A DNA stretch of 63,718 bases, counting the filler, from Alphaproteobacteria bacterium (GTDB lineage Bacteria > Pseudomonadota > Alphaproteobacteria > Caedimonadales > UBA9215): assembly GCA_024280495.1 (NCBI GenBank). It is 5 parts of 5 records of this genome, joined end to end, with 100 filler letters (N's around TTAATTAATTAA, not from the genome) between each part and the next. Parts side by side here need not be neighbours in the genome. Positions count along the whole stretch, not along the records: positions 33,230 to 63,718 come from JAJRPZ010000030.1; 4 more parts are not named here. The stretch is one strand, 5' to 3'. How positions within the stretch are numbered: the stretch's first letter is position 1; each line of letters starts with the position of its first letter. The position numbers and the translations under genes were made by a program. Below are positions 50,626-60,876 of the stretch, piece after piece. Under the pieces are notes generated by a model. The model was not told the DNA's origin and searched no databases. It saw only the letters and a list, made by a program, of their open reading frames with translations.

Positions 50626-51288
50626 ATGAATAAAAAAATAGATAGTGCCGCCAAAGATGAAAAAATCCCTTTCTATTTAAAGATTTGGAAATATTTTTTG
50701 TCTGGAATATTGGTCACGGCTCCCATTGCTCTAACTCTTTATATTGCCTGGGCAGTGATCACTGCCATTGATGATAAAGTTAAAAACCTCATTCCAGCAA
50801 AATATTACTTGGAAAAAATAATCCCCTTTGAAATTCCAGGGTTTGGTATCGTTATTGCTTTTTTGATTTTTACGTTAATTGGAACATTTGCCGCTGGATT
50901 TATGGGGCGATTAGTCGTTAAATTCGGTGAAAAACTCATGGAGCGAATGCCTTTAATTCGAGGGTTACATTCAACGGTTAAGCAAATTTTTCAGGCCGTA
51001 TTTGAACGGGATAAAAATTCCTTTCGTGAAGTTGTTTTGCTTGAATATCCCCGAAAAGGGATTTGGTCTCTTGGTTTTGTGACGGGCGTTACAAAAGGGC
51101 ATGTTCAAAAAGAAACGAAAGAAGAGGTTCTTAACATTTTTGTTCCCACGACTCCTAATCCAACATCAGGATTTCTTTTATTCGTACCGCGCTCTGATAT
51201 AAAAACCATGGATATGAGCGTTGAAGAAGGTATTAAAATGGTTGTTTCTGCTGGTATTATCACGCCAAAATTTGAAAGAAAAAAGTAG
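50626..51288 (+). CDS. DUF502 membrane protein
   Basis: YFLSG, IPGFG, EYPRKG, FVPTTPNPTSGF. Confidence 0.92.
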   Translation: MNKKIDSAAKDEKIPFYLKIWKYFLSGILVTAPIALTLYIAWAVITAIDDKVKNLIPAKYYLEKIIPFEIPGFGIVIAFLIFTLIGTFAAGFMGRLVVKFGEKLMERMPLIRGLHSTVKQIFQAVFERDKNSFREVVLLEYPRKGIWSLGFVTGVTKGHVQKETKEEVLNIFVPTTPNPTSGFLLFVPRSDIKTMDMSVEEGIKMVVSAGIITPKFERKK

Positions 51289-51308
51289 AGTTTCTTTTTT
51301 AAATTTTT

Positions 51309-51323
51309 TTAAAGATTTATTAA
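51309..51323 (+). promoter_or_regulatory. Putative CtrA box upstream of chemoreceptor
   Basis: TTAA-AGATTTA-TTAA (TTAA-N7-TTAA) about 50 nt before the ATG. Confidence 0.5.
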
Positions 51324-51374
51324 TGTTTGTCTAGTGGAATCAATCTATCTATTTTGTAATGTTAGGCCTGATAG

Positions 51375-53846
51375 ATGCATCTCTTAGAAAAAATTAAATT
51401 TTCCCATAAAATTATGGTTGGAGTGATGACTTTTATCATCGCCATGGGCGTTTTGACAGGGTTTGTTTCTTTTAAATTTACGGAAAAAGAAGCTGATTTA
51501 CAAATTCGTGATAAGTTACAAACCATTGTTGAACTCAGAAAATTGGATCTTGATAGGTATTTTACGACGCTAAAAGAAGATTTATCTCTCCTTTCTAATA
51601 ATCCCTTTATTCGAAATGCAGCAAAAGATTTTACTGTTTATTGGTATGAAGTGGCTGGTGAGCAAGCGACTTATCTTCAAAATGCGTATATTAAAAACAA
51701 TAAAAATCCCTTTGGCGAAAAAGATGCCTTAAATCAAGGGGCAGATGGAAGTGCATATAGCAAGGTGCATTCAAAATATCATCCGTGGATACGTTCCTTT
51801 GCAAAAGAACGTGGTTATCACGATATCTTTATTATCAATACCAAAGGCGATATTGTTTATTCAGTTTTTAAAAAAAATGATTATGCTACAAATGTGAGAA
51901 CGGGTCCGTGGAAAAAAACAGATCTTGCAAAGGCTTTTGAAAAAACATTGACGGCAAAATCATCGAAAGAACAATTCTTCTTTGATTACAAACCCTATGC
52001 AGCAAGTAATAATAAAGCTGCCGGATTCATGTCTACGCCTCTTTTCGATGCTGAAGGAAAACGTATTGGTGCCCTTGTTGCACAGATTCCCATTGATCGA
52101 GTGAATGCTATTATGAAAACGAGTGTGGGTCTTGGAAAAGCTGGCGAAACTTTTATTGTGGGGCAAGATTTTCTTATGCGTAATGACTCTCGTTTTCATG
52201 AAAATGAGGGGTCTACACTTTTGAAACGTCGTCTTGAATTGCCTTCGGTTAAACGTGCATTTGCAGGTGAATCACAAGCAGATCATGAAGCAGATTATAA
52301 AGGACAGGATTCTATTGCTGCCTCTGTCCCCTTTAAATTTATGGGAACCACTTGGGCCGTTGTTGCCATGGAAGGGTATGGCCAGGTTTTTGATGCAGTT
52401 TATCAAATGGGTAAAAAATTGATGATTATGGTTCTTGGTCTTACTTTTATCATGGGGGTTATCGCTTATTTTGTAGTGAAATTAGCAATGAAACCTTTGA
52501 TTACTGTTATTTCCTATATGAAACGCCTTGCCAAGGGAGAGCATGGTTTCAAAGTAGGTTATCAAAGTCGCACCGATGAAATCGGTGATGGAGCAAAGGC
52601 AGTTGAACATTTTCGTTTGCTTTCCATTGAGACAAAAAAAGCTTATCTGGATAAGCAATTTGAATCAGAACGTCGGGAAAAAGAAACAAAAGAGCAGATG
52701 CTTCGTATTTCTGCCTCCCTTGAAAAAGAATTGGATAAAGCTATCGGCGGCGTTTGTAGAGATTCTGACCTTGCCATGGAAAGTGTTAATTCGATGGATA
52801 AAAATATTAAAATAGTTGAAGGTGCAGCCAGTGAAGTAAATGACCTTTCCCAGGGAGCTTCGGAAAACGTGGGGGCAGTTGCAGCCGCAGCAGAAGAATT
52901 AACGGCAGCCATTCATGAAATTAGTGGCCAAGTTGCCCATGCTGCTGAGATTTCTAAGACTGCCGTTTATAAAACAACTGAGAGCAGTCAGACAATTTTT
53001 CAACTGGCTGAAACTGCAACGGATATCAGTAGCGTTATTGAATTGATTACCGATATTGCAGAACAAACAAACTTATTGGCGTTAAATGCCACTATTGAAG
53101 CTGCCCGTGCTGGTGAGGCAGGTAAAGGATTTGCTGTTGTGGCGGCAGAAGTTAAAAATCTAGCAAATCAAACGTCCAAGGCAACAGAAGAAATAACTGC
53201 CAAGGTTTCTGGAATTAAAGAATCTGCGGAAGCGTCAGTTGAAGCCATTGAGGAAGTGGCCAAGATCATCAATGAAATTGAAAATGTTTCGGGATCAATT
53301 TCCGCAGCCGTTGAAGAGCAATCTGCGGCAACGGGTGAGATTAGTAATAATACGCAACAAGCCGCTGAAAGCACATCCCATGTGAGCAGTAATACAGAAA
53401 AAATGAAGGTTCAATTTACGGCGGCCCGTGAAATGTCATCTGTTGTTAAAAAACGCACTGACGGTGTAAAAGAAGTTGTTAATGAAATGCGTTATAACCT
53501 TTTATGTGTGTTACGTGAATCATATGCTGGTAATAGACGCACGGAAGAACGTTATATGGGTGGCGGCCGAAAAGTGGTGGTGAGTTCCAATGGTCAAGAA
53601 GCGACATATGCCCTTGATGATATTTCTGCAAGTGGTGCCCGTCTTTCAGGGAAATCTCAGTTTGAAGGTTCATTTAGCGCCATTGAGCTCTCATTGCCTG
53701 GATGCCCTATGGTTCTTTTGGGAGAGGTTGCACAGGCAGGGGAGAATACCCTTCGCGTTGTGTTCAATATTCCTGAAAATCAAAGGGGAGAATTTGAGGC
53801 ATATATTGAGAGTTCTTTTGCAAAAAATCAATTAAAAGTAGCTTAG
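51375..53846 (+). CDS. Methyl-accepting chemotaxis protein (Cache-like sensor, HAMP, MCP signal, C-terminal PilZ)
   Basis: Two TMs, [36 protein letters not shown], then RRTEER and DISASG. Confidence 0.93.
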   Translation: MHLLEKIKFSHKIMVGVMTFIIAMGVLTGFVSFKFTEKEADLQIRDKLQTIVELRKLDLDRYFTTLKEDLSLLSNNPFIRNAAKDFTVYWYEVAGEQATYLQNAYIKNNKNPFGEKDALNQGADGSAYSKVHSKYHPWIRSFAKERGYHDIFIINTKGDIVYSVFKKNDYATNVRTGPWKKTDLAKAFEKTLTAKSSKEQFFFDYKPYAASNNKAAGFMSTPLFDAEGKRIGALVAQIPIDRVNAIMKTSVGLGKAGETFIVGQDFLMRNDSRFHENEGSTLLKRRLELPSVKRAFAGESQADHEADYKGQDSIAASVPFKFMGTTWAVVAMEGYGQVFDAVYQMGKKLMIMVLGLTFIMGVIAYFVVKLAMKPLITVISYMKRLAKGEHGFKVGYQSRTDEIGDGAKAVEHFRLLSIETKKAYLDKQFESERREKETKEQMLRISASLEKELDKAIGGVCRDSDLAMESVNSMDKNIKIVEGAASEVNDLSQGASENVGAVAAAAEELTAAIHEISGQVAHAAEISKTAVYKTTESSQTIFQLAETATDISSVIELITDIAEQTNLLALNATIEAARAGEAGKGFAVVAAEVKNLANQTSKATEEITAKVSGIKESAEASVEAIEEVAKIINEIENVSGSISAAVEEQSAATGEISNNTQQAAESTSHVSSNTEKMKVQFTAAREMSSVVKKRTDGVKEVVNEMRYNLLCVLRESYAGNRRTEERYMGGGRKVVVSSNGQEATYALDDISASGARLSGKSQFEGSFSAIELSLPGCPMVLLGEVAQAGENTLRVVFNIPENQRGEFEAYIESSFAKNQLKVA

Positions 53847-53850
53847 TTTT

Positions 53851-54795
53851 TTAGAATGAATGAGGAAGGACCAATTTTTGTTGAAAGATGATTTGATTAT
53901 TATGCTTTTGGATATAGCATTTTTGCCCCATTTGAAGAGGGTAATTTTCCTTGAAATGCCCAATTGGCAGCCCTGCGAAAACAGGTTTTTGAAGATGTTC
54001 CGAAAAATCTTTTATGATAAAATTCATAAGGTCAATTTTATTTGACGTCATCATTTTCTGTGAAAAATCCCCAAAAATAACGGCTTTTGCATTTTGTAGA
54101 ATTTTTGCGTGCAAAAGGTGGTCCAGTATTTCTGCAATGCGATAGGGCGGTTCGTTAATATCTTCAAAAAAAACAATTTTATCCTTAGTATTGAGTTGCC
54201 AGGGAGTGCCAATACTACGTTGTATCAAAGATAAATTTCCACCCGTAAGAGGGGCCAAAATATCCCCTGTCAATTTTTCATTTACCTTTTTCAAAGGTGA
54301 AAAAATAGAAGTTGTTCCTGTGGTAACGAGCTCTTTTATTTTTTCAGTGGATTTTTTTGATAAAGTACCTTTGACGAGGCAGTTGAGGGTGGGGCCGTGG
54401 ATGGGTTTCCATCCCCATATTTGGTTTGTATAAATCAAGAGGGCCGTTATATCGCTGAATCCAATAATTGTTTTTTCAGAAACTGGCATTGTTTTGGGGG
54501 TGTTGTTCAATAAATCTAAAAGTCTTGATGTTCCTGAGCCTCCTCGTAGTGCCCAAAGAATGTCAAGGGAATTGTTTTCTAAAAGTGCGGTCTCTAAATG
54601 TTTGGAACGGATGGAATCGGGACTGGCATAGAGAGGATGTTCTTTGAGCAACCCCCTAGGAACAGTAGGAGTCTGCCCCCATGTTGATAAAAACTCAAGT
54701 CCATTAGAAATATCACTTTTTTGACATTTTCCGCCAGGGGCAATGATATTAATGCGGGGAAAAAGAGCTGATTCAGGACTGTTTTGAAGGGGCAT
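53851..54795 (-). CDS. LD-carboxypeptidase (peptidase S66)
   Basis: RGGSG, GFSDIT, HGP, GGNL, FEDINE, IGH. Confidence 0.92.
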   Translation of the reverse strand: MPLQNSPESALFPRINIIAPGGKCQKSDISNGLEFLSTWGQTPTVPRGLLKEHPLYASPDSIRSKHLETALLENNSLDILWALRGGSGTSRLLDLLNNTPKTMPVSEKTIIGFSDITALLIYTNQIWGWKPIHGPTLNCLVKGTLSKKSTEKIKELVTTGTTSIFSPLKKVNEKLTGDILAPLTGGNLSLIQRSIGTPWQLNTKDKIVFFEDINEPPYRIAEILDHLLHAKILQNAKAVIFGDFSQKMMTSNKIDLMNFIIKDFSEHLQKPVFAGLPIGHFKENYPLQMGQKCYIQKHNNQIIFQQKLVLPHSF

Positions 54796-54802
54796 TTAAT
54801 AA

Positions 54803-56068
54803 TCAATTTTTTGAAATAACAGGACTGCCAAAAAGATACCCTTGACCATAATCAAAATGGAAATCATTAAAATCAAGGAGGGCTTTTTCATCTTCAACAT
54901 GGGACAATATAACATCTATGTTTTCAATGTTACATATTTTTTTAAACTCTCTGACTTTTTGAATACCTTCATCTGTTTTTATACTTTCGGCAATGGCATC
55001 GCTATGGAATTTTACATACTTGAAATTTAATTTTCGAAGACGGGAAATATCAATGTCAAAACGCGTGACTTGATCTACGGAAAAACGACAATTATAGAGT
55101 TTTAATTTTCGAAAAAAAGGCTCTAGCTCATTTAATTTTTCAAAGATAGCGGTTTCATGAAATTCTAAAATAATATTACGTCCAAGTTCACGGTTACTTT
55201 GAAAAAACTCAATGAGGCTTTCAAAAAAGAATTTATCCGATAAGGTATGGCAAGAAACATTACAGAAAAAATTCACATTAAATTTCTTTTTAACGGAAGA
55301 TCTGGCCATCTGAATACAGCGAAAAAGCATGGCGTTATCCACGAGGCGAATAAGGTTTTCTTCTTCGGCCAGGTGCACAAAATGATCTGGTGTATAAATT
55401 GTACCATCCGTTGTTTTGATCCGTGAAAAACATTCAAAGTGCCTGGCTTTACGCTGGGGAAGACTCACAATAGGTTGTACCAGCATTTCAATTTTATCAG
55501 AGTTAAGGGCTTCTTCGATTATAAGCAAAAGTTGTTTGCGGGTGAGGGGAATAGTCCGTTCGGTTTCCTCATTTTCCTTCACCTCATGGATATCAGGGGG
55601 AGAGACTTCAACGAGGGGAGGCGTTTTATCTCTGATATATTCTGCGGTATTCCCATTATTTTCTGTTATATCATTTGGAATAACTTGACCTTGTGGGGCC
55701 CCTAGGTTTTCTTTTATTGTCTCATCACCTCGTTCTATGGCGATTTGCTTAAGAATGCCTTGGAGCATTTTAAGTTCAGCTATCATTTCTTTTGGGTGCT
55801 CTGCTGATTGTTTTTCAATGGTGTTAACACTTGAAAAAACTTGATCGAGAGAAGAGCAAAAGCGAAGAAGTGCTTGATTAGATTTTTTTTGATGGGTATG
55901 GCGTTGTAACAGTTCTAGGAGAAGCCAGGGGGTAGCGGCAATTAAAAAGGCTGAAAGAGCAATTTCAAGTTTGCTCATGGCGGCATAATTAAGAATAATC
56001 ATGCCTGAAAAAACCGTTGGAATGAAAACAATCAAAAATTGTATAATAAAGTTCCTAAATCCTATCAT
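54803..56068 (-). CDS. Membrane-anchored degenerate EAL protein (TipF-like)
   Basis: Two N-terminal TMs, coiled region, QPIVSLPQRK..FECFSR, FSVDQV, YGQGYLFG. Confidence 0.75.
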   Translation of the reverse strand: MIGFRNFIIQFLIVFIPTVFSGMIILNYAAMSKLEIALSAFLIAATPWLLLELLQRHTHQKKSNQALLRFCSSLDQVFSSVNTIEKQSAEHPKEMIAELKMLQGILKQIAIERGDETIKENLGAPQGQVIPNDITENNGNTAEYIRDKTPPLVEVSPPDIHEVKENEETERTIPLTRKQLLLIIEEALNSDKIEMLVQPIVSLPQRKARHFECFSRIKTTDGTIYTPDHFVHLAEEENLIRLVDNAMLFRCIQMARSSVKKKFNVNFFCNVSCHTLSDKFFFESLIEFFQSNRELGRNIILEFHETAIFEKLNELEPFFRKLKLYNCRFSVDQVTRFDIDISRLRKLNFKYVKFHSDAIAESIKTDEGIQKVREFKKICNIENIDVILSHVEDEKALLDFNDFHFDYGQGYLFGSPVISKN

Positions 56069-56215
56069 TTTAAGCTCTCTTAGATAACCCTGTCCTTTGA
56101 TGGTATCATAATATGGCAATTATTCAGTAGATATTTTAGGGGGTATTGATGTAAAGTGTTTATAAATTTCCTATTATGGTATAGGGACATTTTCTAAATA
56201 AAGAGTTTTTTTTAT

Positions 56216-57442
56216 ATGCCGATATTAGAACAAAATAAAAGCCTCAATAGTTATGACGCTTACATCCCTTGGATACTTTCCTTTGGTATAGCCATTGTTT
56301 TGATGTCAACGGATATTTATGCGCCCTCTCTACCTGCTATGGTTGTTGAGTTTGGGGTGACAGAAGCAGATCTTCAATGGACTTTGAGTATCAATTCATT
56401 TGGTTACTGTTTGGCAAGCCCCTTTGTGGGCCCTATTTCTGATGCTTTGGGACGTCGTTCTATTTTAATTGTTTCTTTTTTGTTTTTTGTTGCGGCCTCT
56501 ATTGGGTGTGCCATTGCGCCAACCTTGTTTTTATTTGATGTGTGGCGTTTTTTTCAGGGGGCAAGTTCCGCCGCGATTCCTATTGTTAGTATTGCTATCA
56601 TTGCAGATATTTTGAAGGGTCGTCAGTTTTCTTCCATGATGGCTTATATAGGTATTGTGATTACCCTTTCTTTTGCTGTTGGTCCTTTGATTGGTGGTAT
56701 TGTGGCAGAGCACTATGGTTGGCGGGTTCTTTTTTATGGATGCGCAGCCGCGGCCTTGTCTATGAGTGCCATTTATATCTATTTCTTGCCAGAAACCCTT
56801 CTTAAAAAGACGAAGCTTTCCCTTCCCCATGTGTTAGAAATCTATGGCAGTATGCTTCGAGATCCTTTATTTTTGCTTTACGGGATCATTCCATCCCTGA
56901 TGTTAGCAGGATTTTTCGCGTATATTACCTCGAGTTCTTATCTGTACATTAATGAATTTGGTATTAGTCGCCCAGAATTTGGACTGATCACGAGTATTGG
57001 GATGATTGCCAATGCTGCGGCTCACTTGGTTGTGGGGCGTGTTACGGCCCGTTTTGGTGAACGTAAAATTTTGCGTTTTGGTATTTCCCTTGTGGTAACT
57101 TCGGCGTTGACTATGTCCTGGATGACTTTCATTGATGTTAAATCTGCTTATACCCTTTTGGTTCCCGTGTTGATCTATAATATGGCCCTTGGATTTACCT
57201 TTCCACCAGCCATGTCTATGGCCATTATGCGTTTCCCCAATGCTACGGGGTCAGCATCCGCTTTTCTTGGTGCTCTACGTATGATTATTTTGGGGAGTGG
57301 CTCTTATCTTGGGGGATATCTCTATGATGGGACATTGGTTTCTATTTCGAGCTTGATGGTTCTTTTCGCGAGCTTAGTGGTTATTGTATTTTTGTGGGTT
57401 AGTGCTCTTAGGCAGAAACAAGAAAGAGAAGCCCAGAAATAA
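56216..57442 (+). CDS. MFS efflux transporter, Bcr/CflA family
   Basis: TDIYAPSLP, GPISDALGRR, GPLIGG, LPET. Confidence 0.9.
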   Translation: MPILEQNKSLNSYDAYIPWILSFGIAIVLMSTDIYAPSLPAMVVEFGVTEADLQWTLSINSFGYCLASPFVGPISDALGRRSILIVSFLFFVAASIGCAIAPTLFLFDVWRFFQGASSAAIPIVSIAIIADILKGRQFSSMMAYIGIVITLSFAVGPLIGGIVAEHYGWRVLFYGCAAAALSMSAIYIYFLPETLLKKTKLSLPHVLEIYGSMLRDPLFLLYGIIPSLMLAGFFAYITSSSYLYINEFGISRPEFGLITSIGMIANAAAHLVVGRVTARFGERKILRFGISLVVTSALTMSWMTFIDVKSAYTLLVPVLIYNMALGFTFPPAMSMAIMRFPNATGSASAFLGALRMIILGSGSYLGGYLYDGTLVSISSLMVLFASLVVIVFLWVSALRQKQEREAQK

Positions 57443-57524
57443 TTTATAGGTGTGAAAATGACTATACTTATAGCCAAGGAGCTAAGCAATAAAGTGTAAA
57501 CGCAGAAATGATTAGCTATATTAA

Positions 57525-58166
57525 TTAAACTTCTTTTTGATTCTTATATTCACGAATGGCATTTGCAATGATGTACCTCCCGACATCTTTTGTTGTGTGT
57601 GCAGGTTTTTTATTTGTATAGGACGTTTCTTCGCTATCCAATAAAATAGCTTTGATTTCTGTTGCGTGTAAGCGAATACGTGCATCGTGGGAAAAAATGA
57701 GATCAATGGTGTATGAATATTTTTTATCTTTATTTTCTGTGGCTTGCACCATGTTATTTTTATCTGTCCAATGAGACGGTATTTGAATGGCAGTCATGGT
57801 CAAGAGATTGTAATAGGCGCTCGCACTTTCTTTCTTAAAATTTAAATGCTGTACATGAGTGATCTCCTGAAATTGTAAGCAAGTTAAAACACGTTGATAT
57901 ACCTTTTGATGATTGAAGCGGTAATGGCGTGTCTCCCAGCAAAATCGGTTTGATTTAAGGGTAAAAGTCCCTTGTTCTTTATCATAATAAGAATTAGGAT
58001 GAGAAATAATGGCGTCCTGCATAAGCACGGCCATGATATCTAAATCATCACCATTGATGGCTTTGAGGCGCAAGGGGATATGGGCTGATGCTGCAAAGGA
58101 TCTCGCCTTTATTTTTTCTTGTGCTTGGTTTAGAAAGGAAGATATTTTCTTTTTTTTTGCGCCCAT
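57525..58166 (-). CDS. DUF2948 family protein
   Basis: LRLKA...DL.IM....QDA, NRFCWE; customary position after murA. Confidence 0.8.
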   Translation of the reverse strand: MGAKKKKISSFLNQAQEKIKARSFAASAHIPLRLKAINGDDLDIMAVLMQDAIISHPNSYYDKEQGTFTLKSNRFCWETRHYRFNHQKVYQRVLTCLQFQEITHVQHLNFKKESASAYYNLLTMTAIQIPSHWTDKNNMVQATENKDKKYSYTIDLIFSHDARIRLHATEIKAILLDSEETSYTNKKPAHTTKDVGRYIIANAIREYKNQKEV

Positions 58167-58191
58167 GCTTATCACCTGTTTTAATCAGTTA

Positions 58192-58299
58192 TATAGTCGT
58201 TTCAAAAAGGTTCCAGACATAGTCAATCAGTCCCGCGCCTATAATTTATAAGCGTTGGTCCCTCGCTCCTAGAGAGGAATCTTTTTTGGAATGACTATA
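58192..58299 (+). mobile_element. ~107-bp palindromic miniature element, copy 6
   Basis: TATAGTCGTTTCAAAAAGGTTCCAGAC...TTTTTTGGAATGACTATA between murA and the DUF2948 gene. Confidence 0.92.
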
Positions 58300-58314
58300 G
58301 GTGGTAATGAGGTT

Positions 58315-59631
58315 TTACAAAAATCCGTTGATAGACACTTTTTCCTTGTCTTTAGAACTATATTCTTTATAACGCTCAATATCTCCACCGACACCCTTTA
58401 GTTTATTCTCTATGTCTTCATAGCCGCGGTCAAGGTGGTAAATACGTGAAAGGTGGCTATCTCCCTCTGCGGTCAAGGCTACCATCACCATAGATACGGA
58501 GGCACGAAGGTCCGTTGCCATTACTTCTGCAGCCGTTAATTTCTCAACGCCAGTGACGGTAGCCGTGCGCCCAGACTGTGTGATCTTTGCATTCATACGT
58601 ACTAATTCAGGAATATGCATAAAACGATTTTCGAAAATGGTTTCTGTTATTTTGGCAACACCATTAGATCGTGTCATTAAGGCCATAAATTGTGCTTGAA
58701 GATCCGTTGGGTAACCTGGATACGGTTCCGTTGTTATATCAACGGGTAGAATGGGACCGTTGGGGGCCTTGGCAATAAATCCATTTTTCGTTGGGGTTAG
58801 AGTGGTTCCAGTGGCTTCGAGAGCTTCTTTGAATGTTGGCAATAAATCAAGGGAGGTATGTGTTAATTCAATTTCACCGCCCGTAAGAGCAGCTGCAATG
58901 GCATAAGATCCCGTTTCAATACGATCAGGAACGATGGCGTGAATGGCACCAGAAAGGTGATGGACACCTGTAATTTTTAAAGTGCTCGTTCCTATTCCAT
59001 GGATCTTGGCCCCCATTTTCACAAGGCAATGGGCAAGGTCAGTGATTTCTGGTTCAAAGGATGCATTATTAAGGGTTGTTATGCCTTTTGCAAGGGTTGC
59101 GGCCATAAGAACATTTTCCGTTGCGCCAACGGATACTGTAGGGAAAGTGATCTCAGCCCCTTGAAGTCCACCATCAGGGGCCGTTGCATGGATATAACCT
59201 TGCTTTATTTCGATTTTTGCCCCCATTTTTTCAAAAGCCATCAAATGTAAATCTACAGGGCGCGCGCCAATGGAACAGCCACCAGGAAGAGAAATTTCAG
59301 CTTTCCCCACACGGGCTAAAATGGGTCCTAAAACTAAAACGGAGGCCCTCATTTTACGTACCAATTCATAAGGTGCACAGATATCTATAATGGAGGGGGT
59401 GTGAAGAGTTATGATGTTATTGTTAAATGTCGACGTGGCACCGTGGTGCTTTAGGAGTTCTATTAAGGTAAAAACATCAGCTAAGCGCGGACAATTGGTA
59501 AGTTTTAAAGGTTGATTGGTCAAAAGGGAGGCAGCCATCAAGGGGAGGGTTGCATTCTTTGCCCCAGAAATACGAATTTTTCCTTTCAAGGGATGTGCAG
59601 GAAAATGGCCTTTAATTCGAATTTTATCCAT
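58315..59631 (-). CDS. murA: UDP-N-acetylglucosamine 1-carboxyvinyltransferase
   Basis: SGAKNA, MRAS, LPGGCSIGARPVDLH, PDRIE, FENRF, DRGYE. Confidence 0.98.
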   Translation of the reverse strand: MDKIRIKGHFPAHPLKGKIRISGAKNATLPLMAASLLTNQPLKLTNCPRLADVFTLIELLKHHGATSTFNNNIITLHTPSIIDICAPYELVRKMRASVLVLGPILARVGKAEISLPGGCSIGARPVDLHLMAFEKMGAKIEIKQGYIHATAPDGGLQGAEITFPTVSVGATENVLMAATLAKGITTLNNASFEPEITDLAHCLVKMGAKIHGIGTSTLKITGVHHLSGAIHAIVPDRIETGSYAIAAALTGGEIELTHTSLDLLPTFKEALEATGTTLTPTKNGFIAKAPNGPILPVDITTEPYPGYPTDLQAQFMALMTRSNGVAKITETIFENRFMHIPELVRMNAKITQSGRTATVTGVEKLTAAEVMATDLRASVSMVMVALTAEGDSHLSRIYHLDRGYEDIENKLKGVGGDIERYKEYSSKDKEKVSINGFL

Positions 59632-59675
59632 GATGGTTTTTCTCTTTTTTTAACGAAGTTGTTTAGTGTCTTTGG

Positions 59676-60248
59676 TCAAGAAGATGGTTGAATGATACGG
59701 GGGAGGGTAACGCCACGTTGTCCTTGGTATTTACCCCCACGATCTGCATAGGATATATCACAGGCACCTTCGCCACGTAAAAATAGAAACTGACAAGCAC
59801 CTTCGTTTGCATAAATTTTGGCTGGAAGTGGTGTCGTGTTTGAAAACTCTAATGTCACATGTCCTTCCCATTCAGGCTCGAGGGGCGTGACATTCACAAT
59901 AATACCACAGCGTGCATAGGTGGATTTACCAAGGCAAATCACTAGGGTATCCCGTGGAATACGAAAATATTCAACTGTCCGTGCTAGGGCAAAGCTGTTG
60001 GGGGGGATGATGCAAACGTCTGTTTTGCGCTCAACAAAGCTGTCATCGGAAAAGTTTTTAGGGTCAATGATGGCGCTGTCCACATTGGTGAATATCTTGA
60101 ATTCATCGGCAACTCGGGCATCATACCCATAGGAAGAAACACCGTAAGAAATCATACCCTCAGCTCTTTGGCTGTCGGCAAAGGGTTCAATCATAGGGCG
60201 AGTTGGGCATAGGGCCAGTTGTTTAATAGTTTTATCTGGAAGAATCAT
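59676..60248 (-). CDS. dcd: dCTP deaminase
   Basis: [31 protein letters not shown]. Confidence 0.97.
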   Translation of the reverse strand: MILPDKTIKQLALCPTRPMIEPFADSQRAEGMISYGVSSYGYDARVADEFKIFTNVDSAIIDPKNFSDDSFVERKTDVCIIPPNSFALARTVEYFRIPRDTLVICLGKSTYARCGIIVNVTPLEPEWEGHVTLEFSNTTPLPAKIYANEGACQFLFLRGEGACDISYADRGGKYQGQRGVTLPRIIQPSS

Positions 60249-60334
60249 GGCAGTATATAAACATCATTTTAAAGGGTTATTACGATAGGATTACTATGGC
60301 AATTTATAAGCCCTGTGACAACAATAGAATGGTT

Positions 60335-60817
60335 TTAAGAAGAGGGTTTTTTTGCGGCTGCTTTGACACGGCGTTTTTTCTTTTTCGAGACCACGACCCA
60401 TGCCTTGATGGAGGGCAGGTGCAAAGATAGTGCTGTGATGGTAGTCAACCCCATGGCAAAGTAGTAAAGAGAAAATCCAATAGACATGCCAACGGCCGCA
60501 GAAACCCAAAGGGAAGCTGCTGTGGTGAGGCCAGAGGGGGTGTCGCCATTGCGCACGAAAAGTCCAGACCCTAAAAAGCCAATGCCGAGAACGATTTGTG
60601 CGGCAATACGAGAGTTGTCAGCAAAACCTAAAAGGGGAGAAAGGATTGAAAAAGCAGCAGATCCCATGGCGATACAGCCAAAAGTTCGGATGCCAGCAGC
60701 CTTACCAGCACGCTCACGTTCCCATCCAATAATGGCCCCCATAAGGAATGCAAAGGCAAGGTGGGCAATATAAAACAGTTGTATCTGCCAAGAAATTGTA
60801 TCAGGTAAAATATTCAT
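60335..60817 (-). CDS. MgtC/SapB family protein
   Basis: IGWERE, AGIRTF, RIAAQIVLGIGFLG, GLTTAASLW. Confidence 0.93.
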   Translation of the reverse strand: MNILPDTISWQIQLFYIAHLAFAFLMGAIIGWERERAGKAAGIRTFGCIAMGSAAFSILSPLLGFADNSRIAAQIVLGIGFLGSGLFVRNGDTPSGLTTAASLWVSAAVGMSIGFSLYYFAMGLTTITALSLHLPSIKAWVVVSKKKKRRVKAAAKKPSS

Positions 60818-60876
60818 AAAAGCAACTATAGTGCTTTAAAGCTAAAATAGCAATGTTTTTTGACATAAGTTTTAAA

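Noticed and set aside
58315..59631. Fosfomycin-resistant MurA variant
   Set aside because: Active-site Cys in LPGGC is intact
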